DNA from: Clostridiales bacterium
GTDB taxonomy: Bacteria; Bacillota; Clostridia; Christensenellales; Borkfalkiaceae
Reading direction: 5' to 3'
DNA length: 64,000 bases
NCBI GenBank assembly: GCA_022781715.1
Contig: JALETB010000094.1
Coordinates: 11,339-75,338 of the forward strand
Positions within the stretch are counted from its first letter, which is position 1, and each line of letters starts with the position of its first letter. Below, in pieces: positions 9,146 to 16,669 of the stretch. A program made the translations under genes and the position numbers. The notes under the pieces were generated by a model, which had not been told where the DNA came from, did not search any database, and was given only the letters and a program-made list of their open reading frames with translations.

Positions 9146-10537
9146 ATGGAAAAATATTTTCTTGCAATAGATATCGGCGCGTCGAGCGGCAGACACATTC
9201 TTTCTCACATCGAAGACGGAAAACTTAAACTCGAAGAAGTTTACCGTTTCGAAAACGGAATGGACGAAAAAGACGGACATCTCGTCTGGGATTACCGCAA
9301 ACTTTTCAAAAACATAGTCGACGGACTTAAAGAGTGTAAAAAAATCGGAAAAATTCCGATGTCGGTTGGCATCGATACCTGGGGCGTAGACTACGCGCTT
9401 CTCGATGAGAATGACGAAGTTATCGGCGACGTGTACGCTTACAGAGATTCGAGAACGGAAGAACCGATAAAGAAAGTTCATTCTATCGTTCCTTTTGAAA
9501 AACTTTACGAAAGAACGGGTTCTCAATTCCAGATTTATAACACGATTTATCAACTTTACACCGACAAACTCAGCGGAAAACTCGAAAAAGCCGAAAGATT
9601 CCTTATGATGCCGGACTTCTTCGCGTTCCTTCTTACGGGCGTTAAGAAAAACGAATTCACGAACGCTTCCACGACCGGACTTCTCAGCGCGAAAACGAGA
9701 GAGTGGGATATGGAAACGGTTAAAGATCTCGGCTTGCCGGAAAAACTTTTCAAAGAACTCGCTCAGCCCGCAACTCTCGTCGGAAAGGTTAAACCCGAAA
9801 TCGCGGCGGAAATCGGATACGAAACGAATATCGTTCTCACCGCCACTCACGACACGGCAAGCGCGGTTATGGCTGTTCCCGAAACGGGGCATCCTCTTTA
9901 TATTTCGAGCGGAACGTGGTCGCTCCTTGGCATCGAAAGCCCTGTTGCGATTTCGACGAAAGAGGCTCTCGAAGCGAATTTCACGAACGAGGGCGGATAT
10001 AATAAATCCACGAGATTCCTTAAAAATATAATGGGGCTCTGGATGATTCAGAACGTCCGCCGCGAACACGAAAAGAAATACAGTTGGGGCGACTATGTCG
10101 TTATGTCGAAGGCGGTTAAGGGCTTTGATTCGATTGTAGACGTAAATGATCAGAGATTCCTTGCGCCCGAAAGCATGATTGCCGCAATACAGGAATATTG
10201 CAGAGAAACGAATCAGAAAGTTCCCGAAACTCCGGGTGAAATCGCGCTCTGCGTTTACGACAGCCTTGCGGTATGCTATGCGAAAGCCGTAAAGACGATC
10301 GAGAGCATAACAGGTTATAAGTTCGAAACTATTCATATCGTCGGTGGCGGTTCGATGAACGGTTACCTCAACGAACTCACCGCAAAACGCACCGGGCTTA
10401 AAGTAATGGCGGGTCCCGTCGAGGCGACCGCTATCGGAAATATCATCGCTCAACTTCTTTACGACGGAGAGGTTAAGACGATCGACGAAGCGAAAGAACT
10501 CGTCAAAATTTCTTTCGACGTGGAAACAATCGGCTGA
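9146..10537 (+). CDS. rhaB: Rhamnulokinase (FGGY carbohydrate kinase)
   Basis: 463 aa with LAIDIGASSGR, GIDTWGVDYALL and a C-terminal HIVGGGS motif. Confidence 0.88.
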   Translation: MEKYFLAIDIGASSGRHILSHIEDGKLKLEEVYRFENGMDEKDGHLVWDYRKLFKNIVDGLKECKKIGKIPMSVGIDTWGVDYALLDENDEVIGDVYAYRDSRTEEPIKKVHSIVPFEKLYERTGSQFQIYNTIYQLYTDKLSGKLEKAERFLMMPDFFAFLLTGVKKNEFTNASTTGLLSAKTREWDMETVKDLGLPEKLFKELAQPATLVGKVKPEIAAEIGYETNIVLTATHDTASAVMAVPETGHPLYISSGTWSLLGIESPVAISTKEALEANFTNEGGYNKSTRFLKNIMGLWMIQNVRREHEKKYSWGDYVVMSKAVKGFDSIVDVNDQRFLAPESMIAAIQEYCRETNQKVPETPGEIALCVYDSLAVCYAKAVKTIESITGYKFETIHIVGGGSMNGYLNELTAKRTGLKVMAGPVEATAIGNIIAQLLYDGEVKTIDEAKELVKISFDVETIG

Positions 10538-10588
10538 AACGAAATAATTACGACTTTCTTCTAATATATTGTATAGAGGTGAGTCGAA

Positions 10589-11311
10589 TTGAAAAAACTA
10601 ACTGACAGGAAGTTAAACGTCATAACGGCGATCATCCTTACCGTAATCGTATCGGGTGTGATCGCCGTGTGTTTTTTACCGGGCGACGTGGTGGTTATAT
10701 CGGGCAACGAAAGTTATTCGGCGATTTATCACGGCAACAGAAACGGAAACGTTGTCGCTCTCACGTTCAACGTTTATGAGGGTGCGGACGTCGTCGACGG
10801 TATTCTTGGAGTTTTAAAGGAACACAACGCAAAAGCAACGTTTTTTGTCGGCGGTTGCTGGGCGGACGACAATATAGAAACCGTCAACAAAATTATCGAA
10901 AGCGGCAACGAGTTGGGTAGTCACGGATATTTTCATCGCGACCACGCAAAACTTTCCGAGGATGAAAACAAAGCGGAAATGGAAACGTTGCACGCTCTGA
11001 TAAAGCGAACTACAGGTGTGGAAATCAAACTTTTTGCTCCGCCGTCGGGGGCTTTTTCGGTCACGACGTTAAAAGTCGCCGAAAAACTCGGTTACAAAAC
11101 GATAATGTGGAGCAAAGATACGATCGACTGGCGGGATAAGAGCGCGAAAACCGTTTATTCGCGCGCAACCAAAAACGTTTCAGGCGGGGATATTGTTCTT
11201 ATGCACCCGAAGAAACACACGCTCGAGGCATTACCGGATATTCTGCTGTATTACGAACAGGCGGGCTTGAGATGCGGAACGGTAACCGAGTGTATTTCGG
11301 TCGATATTTAG
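10589..11311 (+). CDS. Polysaccharide deacetylase family sporulation protein (PdaB/YlxY-like), N-terminal membrane anchor
   Basis: 240 aa with a TM segment VITAIILTVIVSGVIAVCFL and a NodB-type domain (ALTFNV.., ATFFVGG, GSHGYFH, FAPPSG, WSKDTIDW, IVLMHP). It is followed by an M16 peptidase, as in Bacillus ylxY-mlpA. Confidence 0.75.
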   Translation: MKKLTDRKLNVITAIILTVIVSGVIAVCFLPGDVVVISGNESYSAIYHGNRNGNVVALTFNVYEGADVVDGILGVLKEHNAKATFFVGGCWADDNIETVNKIIESGNELGSHGYFHRDHAKLSEDENKAEMETLHALIKRTTGVEIKLFAPPSGAFSVTTLKVAEKLGYKTIMWSKDTIDWRDKSAKTVYSRATKNVSGGDIVLMHPKKHTLEALPDILLYYEQAGLRCGTVTECISVDI

Positions 11312-11332
11312 TCGATATTATTTAAGAAAAAC

Positions 11333-12574
11333 ATGATAAATTATAAAAAATACGACAACGGATTAAGATTAATCGTAAACACAATGGACGCGATGATGTC
11401 TGTCAGCGCGGGAATACTCGTGGGCGCGGGGAGTTGCCTCGAAGACGAAAAAAACAACGGAATATCTCATTTCATCGAGCATACGACTTTTAAGGGAACG
11501 GAAAAACTGAGCGCGTTCGAAATATCGTCCGCATTCGACGATATCGGATCTCAGGTCAACGCTTTCACATCGAAAGAAACGACTTGTTATTACGTTAAAA
11601 GCACCACGGCGGAACTCGACAGATCGTTCGAACTTCTCTCGGATATGTTTCTGAATTCCACATATAAAGCCGACGAACTGGGCAAAGAAAAGGGCGTCGT
11701 TATCGAGGAAATCAATATGTGCGCCGATACGCCCGAGGAACTTTGTCTCGACGCGCTTTCGGAATCGTATTTTGGCAAACAAGGCTTAGGTCGTACCATA
11801 TTGGGGCCTGCGGAGAACGTAAAATCTTTCGCGAAGAAGGATATCGCGGCATACAGAAAGCGTTTTTACAACGCCGATAATATCGTTGTATCCTTTGCGG
11901 GGAGAATATCGTTCGACGAAGCGACAAAACTTACCGAAAAATATTTCGCGCCGTTCGTTTCTTCTTTAAAATCCGACGATTTATTGTCCGGCGAAACCGA
12001 GAACAAACGCGGAAAAATAAGAATTGACAAAGACATCGAACAGATTCATCTCGCGCTTGCGTTCAAAGGCGTCGAGTACGATGCGCCGCTTGCCGACGCG
12101 ATGTCGGTTGTCAACAACGTTGCCGGTTCGGGAATGAGCAGCAGATTATTTCAGAAGATAAGAGAAGAATTGGGGCTTTGCTATACAATTTATTCCTATC
12201 CGAGTTGCTATCTTAAAACGGGAACGTTTGCCGTTTACGCGGGTCTTAACCCCAGAAGCGCGGAACTTGCTTACGAGGAAATAAAACGCGTTCTTACGGA
12301 TATAAAGAAAAACGGGATAACCGACGACGAATTCAACCGCGGAAAAGCGCAGATGATAAGTTCTTTCGCCTTCGGGCAGGAAAGCACCGCTTCGCAGATG
12401 CTTCTTTACGGCAAATATCTTTTGAATACAGGCAAAGTGTTTGATGCGGAAAAGAAACTTGCGGCGGTGGACGCTTTGGATAAAAAAGCGGTTAACGACT
12501 TGCTTTTTGAACTTGATTTTTCGTCTTATTCCGTAGCCGTGGTCGGTAAAAATGCGACAAAAGTCGAAGTTTGA
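11333..12574 (+). CDS. M16 family zinc peptidase (MlpA/YmxG-like)
   Basis: 413 aa with the inverted zinc motif HFIEH in GISHFIEHTTFKGT. Confidence 0.88.
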   Translation: MINYKKYDNGLRLIVNTMDAMMSVSAGILVGAGSCLEDEKNNGISHFIEHTTFKGTEKLSAFEISSAFDDIGSQVNAFTSKETTCYYVKSTTAELDRSFELLSDMFLNSTYKADELGKEKGVVIEEINMCADTPEELCLDALSESYFGKQGLGRTILGPAENVKSFAKKDIAAYRKRFYNADNIVVSFAGRISFDEATKLTEKYFAPFVSSLKSDDLLSGETENKRGKIRIDKDIEQIHLALAFKGVEYDAPLADAMSVVNNVAGSGMSSRLFQKIREELGLCYTIYSYPSCYLKTGTFAVYAGLNPRSAELAYEEIKRVLTDIKKNGITDDEFNRGKAQMISSFAFGQESTASQMLLYGKYLLNTGKVFDAEKKLAAVDALDKKAVNDLLFELDFSSYSVAVVGKNATKVEV

Positions 12575-12579
12575 AATTG

Positions 12580-12861
12580 TATGCCAGCCAAGAATAATAC
12601 AAACCCCGGTCTTGCGGCGTGTTTTCAGACTAATACTTTGTTCCGCAACCACCATATACGGGTGTATTATGTCGTTTGCGCGCCGCGTCTTAGCCTAAAA
12701 ACGCGCCGCAATACTTGCCTGCAACAAAAACGTCGCCATTTTCGATGATTTCTGTCGAAGGCGACTTTGTTCGTACTTGCTGTACGGGCGAAGGCACATT
12801 CGGTATAAAGCGTGAAAATATCGGCGTTTTGGCGGGGTTAGGATTATTCTTGGCTGGCATA
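12580..12861. repeat. 282-bp element bounded by perfect 19-bp inverted repeats (MITE-like insertion or structured 3'-UTR RNA)
   Basis: TATGCCAGCCAAGAATAAT at 12580-12598 has its exact reverse complement at 12843-12861. Pairing continues inward for 8 more bp (AACCCCG.. / ..CGGGGTT) after a 3-nt mismatch. The element lies between the M16 stop (12574) and its terminator (12874). Confidence 0.55.
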
Positions 12862-12873
12862 ATTATTCATCGA

Positions 12874-12912
12874 CCGAAAAAGTGTGATAAAAAACGCTTT
12901 TTCGGTTTTTTT
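12874..12912 (+). terminator. Intrinsic terminator of the pdaB-like/M16 transcript
   Basis: Stem CCGAAAAAG (12874-12882) pairs with CTTTTTCGG (12897-12905), followed by a T7 run. Confidence 0.65.
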
Positions 12913-12934
12913 AACCGTAAATTCCTATTTTCAG

Positions 12935-12964
12935 TTGACAAAACGCGCGTAAAGACATTATAAT
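12935..12964 (+). promoter_or_regulatory. Sigma-A promoter of rhaA
   Basis: TTGACA (12935-12940), 18-nt spacer, TATAAT (12959-12964). Confidence 0.55.
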
Positions 12965-13056
12965 ATCGTTGTAAAGTGTGCATGGGCGTTAAAAATGCCT
13001 TGTCGCGCAAACGGATCAGTCGGGTAACCGATAATATAAATTTCAGGAGTTTTAAA

Positions 13057-14307
13057 ATGGCATCAAGATACGAAGGTGCAAAAGCCGAGTATGCAAAATA
13101 CGGAGTCGATACCGACGCCGCAATCAAAAAACTTAAAACCGTTCCGTTGGCAGTTCATTGCTGGCAGGGCGACGACGTTACGGGTTTCGATCACGACGGA
13201 CCTTTGACCGGAGGAATTCAGACGACGGGTAATTATCCCGGAAAAGCAAGAACGCCCGAACAACTTATGGCGGATATGGACAAGGCAATGTCGCTTTGCC
13301 CCGGCACAAAGAAACTCAATCTTCACGCTTGCTACGCGATATTCGAAAAAGGCGAATTCGTGGACAGAGATAAAATCGAACCCAAGCATTTCAAAAAATG
13401 GGTTGATTTCGCAAAGGAAAGAGGAATGGGAATCGATTTCAATCCCACGTTTTTCTCCCATCCTATGGTTAAAGACGGACTCACGCTTACGAGTCCCGAC
13501 GAAGAAGTAAGAAAATTCTGGGTCAACCACGGAAAAGCCTGCATCAGAATTTCCGAATATTTTGCAAAAGAAACGGGTATTCCCTGCGTTATGAATATCT
13601 GGATCGGCGACGGTTTCAAAGATGTTCCCGCAGATCGTATGGGACCGAGAATGCGTTATAAACAGTCGATTGAAGAAATTCTTTCCGAGCCGTTCGATAA
13701 AAACCTTGTTAAACCCTGCGTAGAATCCAAGGTGTTCGGTATCGGTGTTGAATCTTACACCGCGGGCAGCGCGGAATTCACTCTTAGTTTTGCCGCAATG
13801 CACGACGGAGTTCTTCCTCTAATGGATAACGGACATTATCATCCGACCGAACTCGTTTCGGATAAGATTCCGGCGCTTTTGTGCTTCTTCCCGGAAATCG
13901 CGCTTCACATCACGAGAGGCGTAAGATGGGATTCCGATCACGTTCTGCTTTTCGACGACGAAACCAGAGAAATGGCGAAGGAAATCGTCAGATGCGACGC
14001 TCTTGACAGAGTTTATATGGCTCTCGATTATTTCGACGCGAGCATCAACCGTATTTCGGCTTGGACGGTAGGTATCAGAAGTTGGCAGAAAGCCCTTCTC
14101 ATGGCAATGGTTACGCCTAATGCGGAACTCAAAGCCCTTCAGGACGAAGCGAACTTCACGAAACTCATGGTTATGCAGGAAGAAATGAAGACCCTTCCGT
14201 TCGGCGATATCTGGGCTGAATACTGCAAGGAATGCGGAGTTGCTGCCGACACGTCCTGGTATGATGAAATCATGAAGTACGAAAAGGACGTTCTTTCCAA
14301 AAGATAA
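13057..14307 (+). CDS. rhaA: L-rhamnose isomerase
   Basis: Colinear with E. coli RhaA as I remember it: HCWQGDDVTGF, LTGGIQTTGNYPGKAR, LNLHA, FNPTFFSHP, VMNIWIGDG, HYHPTE, VRWDSDHV, DYFDASINRI. I start at ATG 13057 (AGGAG RBS at 13044-13048) rather than the track start at 12976. Confidence 0.95.
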   Translation: MASRYEGAKAEYAKYGVDTDAAIKKLKTVPLAVHCWQGDDVTGFDHDGPLTGGIQTTGNYPGKARTPEQLMADMDKAMSLCPGTKKLNLHACYAIFEKGEFVDRDKIEPKHFKKWVDFAKERGMGIDFNPTFFSHPMVKDGLTLTSPDEEVRKFWVNHGKACIRISEYFAKETGIPCVMNIWIGDGFKDVPADRMGPRMRYKQSIEEILSEPFDKNLVKPCVESKVFGIGVESYTAGSAEFTLSFAAMHDGVLPLMDNGHYHPTELVSDKIPALLCFFPEIALHITRGVRWDSDHVLLFDDETREMAKEIVRCDALDRVYMALDYFDASINRISAWTVGIRSWQKALLMAMVTPNAELKALQDEANFTKLMVMQEEMKTLPFGDIWAEYCKECGVAADTSWYDEIMKYEKDVLSKR

Positions 14308-14323
14308 TAAAAACGTTTAAAAT

Positions 14324-14356
14324 CCGCCCCGTCGCGTTTAAAACGCGACGGGGCGG
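14324..14356. terminator. 16-bp perfect GC-rich hairpin after rhaA with no U-tract on the + strand
   Basis: CCGCCCCGTCGCGTTT (14324-14339) pairs with AAACGCGACGGGGCGG (14341-14356). On the + strand it is followed by CAAACAATATAAAGG, so it is at best a weak terminator for rhaA. The T-rich flank is on the opposite strand. Confidence 0.4.
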
Positions 14357-14382
14357 CAAACAATATAAAGGAAGTGAATTAT

Positions 14383-15615
14383 ATGATAAAAATAGACGTA
14401 ATTTCAGGGTTTCTCGGAGCGGGTAAAACCACTTTGATAAAGAAACTTTTTGCGAGCGATCTTAAAAACGAAAAGGTCGTTTTAATCGAAAACGAATTCG
14501 GCGAGATCGGCGTAGACGGCGCGTTTTTGAAAGACAGCGGCGTTCAGATCAAAGAAATAAATTCGGGTTGCATATGCTGTTCTCTGGTCGGCGATTTTTC
14601 GAAATCGATGAAGGAAATCGTCGAGAAGTTTAATCCTGACCGAATCATAATCGAGCCTTCGGGCGTCGGTAAACTTTCCGATATAATCAAGGCGATCGAA
14701 AAAGTTGAGGAGCCGCTTAAAATCAATATCGTTGCGACGGTTGTCGACGGCGGAAAATGCAAAATGTATTTCAAAAACTTCGGCGAGTTTTACGACGACC
14801 AGATTAAACAGGCAAATACCGTTATTGTTTCTAAAACGGACAAACTCAGCGAAGAAAAGATTCTTGCGGCGGTCGAACTTATCAAATCGCTCAACCCGCA
14901 CGCAACGATCGTCACCACGCCCGTTACGGAACTCGAACCCGATAAGTTGCTCGGCATTCTCGAAGGCGACGTAGATAACGTCGATGCGCTTTTGGAATCG
15001 CTCAAAGCGGAACAAGACGACGATGACGACGACGATGACGATGACTGCTGTTGCCATCACCATCACGATGACGATGAAGAACACGATCATCATCACCATC
15101 ACCATCATGATGACGACGAAGACGATGACGATGACGACCATGACCATTGTTGCCATCACCATCATGATGACGACGAAGACGATGACGATGACGACCATGA
15201 CCATTGTTGCCATCACCATCACGATGACGACGCAGACGATGACGACCATGACCATTGTTGCCATCACCATCACGATGACGATGAAGAACACGATCATCAT
15301 CACCATCACCACCCCCACGGTCACGACGCCGACGAAGTGTTCACGAGTTGGGGCGAGGAAACGCCGGTTGCGTTCTCGCATAACGAACTCGACGCGATAC
15401 TTAAAAAACTTTGCGATGAGGATTCCGGTCTCGGCGTGATTTTACGCTCCAAAGGCGTTGTGAAGGCGAAAGATAACGAAAAATGGTATTATTTTGATCT
15501 TGTTGCCGGCGAATACGAAATCAGGCTCGGCGAACCCGATTATACGGGTAAGGTTTGCGTTATCGGTTCCAAAATCGACGAAGAAAAAATTGCGGCTTTG
15601 TTTTTCGGTAATTAA
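14383..15615 (+). CDS. COG0523 (CobW/G3E family) metallochaperone GTPase with a giant Asp/His/Cys-rich insert
   Basis: P-loop GFLGAGKTTL, metal motif GCICCS, IIIEPSGVG, SKTD and a CobW_C-like tail (VILRSKGVV...YYFDLVAG). The 107-residue D/E/H/C array is at 15016-15336. I start at ATG 14383 (GGAAG RBS 8 nt upstream) rather than the track GTG at 14374. Confidence 0.9.
   Translation: MIKIDVISGFLGAGKTTLIKKLFASDLKNEKVVLIENEFGEIGVDGAFLKDSGVQIKEINSGCICCSLVGDFSKSMKEIVEKFNPDRIIIEPSGVGKLSDIIKAIEKVEEPLKINIVATVVDGGKCKMYFKNFGEFYDDQIKQANTVIVSKTDKLSEEKILAAVELIKSLNPHATIVTTPVTELEPDKLLGILEGDVDNVDALLESLKAEQDDDDDDDDDDCCCHHHHDDDEEHDHHHHHHHDDDEDDDDDDHDHCCHHHHDDDEDDDDDDHDHCCHHHHDDDADDDDHDHCCHHHHDDDEEHDHHHHHHPHGHDADEVFTSWGEETPVAFSHNELDAILKKLCDEDSGLGVILRSKGVVKAKDNEKWYYFDLVAGEYEIRLGEPDYTGKVCVIGSKIDEEKIAALFFGN
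15109..15273 (+). repeat. In-frame 57-nt tandem repeat (2.9 copies) inside the COG0523 gene
   Basis: Copy 1 is 15109-15165. Copy 2 is 15166-15222 and differs by one base. Copy 3 is 15223-15273, with a 6-nt deletion and one substitution. Each encodes DDDEDDDDDDHDHCCHHHH. The array is flanked by two copies of a roughly 40-nt unit encoding DDDEEHDHHHHHH (15067-15108 and 15274-15312). Confidence 0.95.
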
Positions 15616-15642
15616 ACGGACAAGCCGGAACGGAGATAAATT

Positions 15643-16575
15643 ATGGCAAGAACATTCCCGGCCGTTATAGTAAAGGGTATTCTGGAGAGCGGAAAGACGA
15701 CTTTTATCGTCGATTCGCTCAAAAACGGCGATTTCGGCGATATAGGCAGAGTGTTGATTCTTTCCACGGAGGAGGGCGAAGTCGAATATAACCCGGCGGA
15801 ACTCGCAAAGTTAAACGCTGTTTATTATTCGTTCGGAAACCCCGAAGATTTTACCGTAGAAAAGATAAACGACCTCATAAGAGTAAACAAACCGCACGCG
15901 CTTTTTATTGAGGAAAACGCTATGTGGGACTGGAGCGGAATTCAACTTCCGCCTTACGTTATCGTAGAACAGGTTTTCACTATAATCGACGCGACCACGT
16001 TTAAGATGTATTTCAATAACATGCGTCAGAAATTTCAGGATATAGTCGGTGCGTCCAACATAGTTATTATGAACAGATGCGAAGAAACTCCCGAAATGGC
16101 GGGTTATAAGAGAAGCCTTAAACTCATCAATAAGGACGCGTATTATATAACTCTCGACGCCGACGGTAAGCCCGTAAGTTTCGTCGAAGAACTGCCTTAT
16201 AAAATATCTGATGAAATGAATATTCCCGATGACGATTTCGGAATTTTCTATATAGACACTTTCGATAATCGTTCGAGATACGAGGATAAAATCGTCGAGT
16301 TCAACTGCATGACGGTTACGTCTAAAAATCTGCCCGAGAACACTTTCGTTGCAGGCAGACTTGCGATGACTTGTTGTGCAAACGATATCCAACTTATCGG
16401 GCATTTATGCGGTTATAACGCGCCCGTAAAAATCAAAAACAAAGGCTGGGTGCATCTGAGAGCGCGAATTCATTATCTTTCGGATAATGAGGCGGACGAA
16501 CCACAGATAATTCTCGAGCTTTTAAGAATGAACGAAATTCCGGAAATAGAAAACCCGGTGGTTTCGTTACAGTGA
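15643..16575 (+). CDS. Degenerate COG0523-like P-loop domain fused to a DUF1980/YcgQ-like C-terminal CC domain
   Basis: 310 aa with P-loop GILESGKTTF. FTIIDATTFKMYFNN parallels VATVVDGGKCKMYFKN of the upstream gene. There is no CxCC motif, and NRCE replaces SKTD. The C-terminal part has LAMTCCANDIQLIGHLC...KGWVHLRARIHY. Confidence 0.65.
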   Translation: MARTFPAVIVKGILESGKTTFIVDSLKNGDFGDIGRVLILSTEEGEVEYNPAELAKLNAVYYSFGNPEDFTVEKINDLIRVNKPHALFIEENAMWDWSGIQLPPYVIVEQVFTIIDATTFKMYFNNMRQKFQDIVGASNIVIMNRCEETPEMAGYKRSLKLINKDAYYITLDADGKPVSFVEELPYKISDEMNIPDDDFGIFYIDTFDNRSRYEDKIVEFNCMTVTSKNLPENTFVAGRLAMTCCANDIQLIGHLCGYNAPVKIKNKGWVHLRARIHYLSDNEADEPQIILELLRMNEIPEIENPVVSLQ

Positions 16576-16621
16576 AATAGCGATATTACGTTGCGAAAAT
16601 TATTATAAATGCTAAAAAGCG

Positions 16622-16654
16622 GGGGCGGCGAAAACCTTTGGTTTTCGCCGCCCC
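16622..16654. terminator. Bidirectional intrinsic terminator shared by the convergent COG0523 operon and the Cys-rich gene
   Basis: GGGGCGGCGAAAAC (16622-16635) pairs with GTTTTCGCCGCCCC (16641-16654). An A-run lies upstream and a short T-run downstream. Confidence 0.75.
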
Positions 16655-16669
16655 TTTATGTACCTTAGT

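Noticed and set aside
12715-12963. 82-aa ORF inside and beyond the inverted-repeat element.
   Set aside because: It has no RBS, starts at a non-ATG codon, and runs through the right repeat arm, the terminator hairpin and the rhaA promoter. The composition is not protein-like.
12976-13056. N-terminal extensions in the ORF track: rhaA 12976, rimP 21077, ABC-B 32106, comEB 36917, spoVAC 39233, pcrA 39763, M18 55157, groES 36789.
   Set aside because: In each case a downstream ATG has a proper GGAG-type RBS and matches the conserved family N-terminus. The extension crosses terminators or promoters, or overlaps the preceding gene extensively.
15016-15336. Regular short DNA repeats that could be mistaken for a CRISPR array or minisatellite.
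   Set aside because: The units are contiguous with no spacers, are multiples of 3 nt, and sit in frame inside a coding sequence. No cas genes are nearby.
14482-15439. ORFs 14482-15381 (minus strand, VMVM-rich product) and 14984-15439 (plus strand, MTMT/TITI-rich product) across the COG0523 repeat region.
   Set aside because: They are alternative-frame readings of the GAT/GAC/CAT/CAC repeat. The in-frame reading continues a complete COG0523 protein with a CobW_C tail, so these are artefacts.
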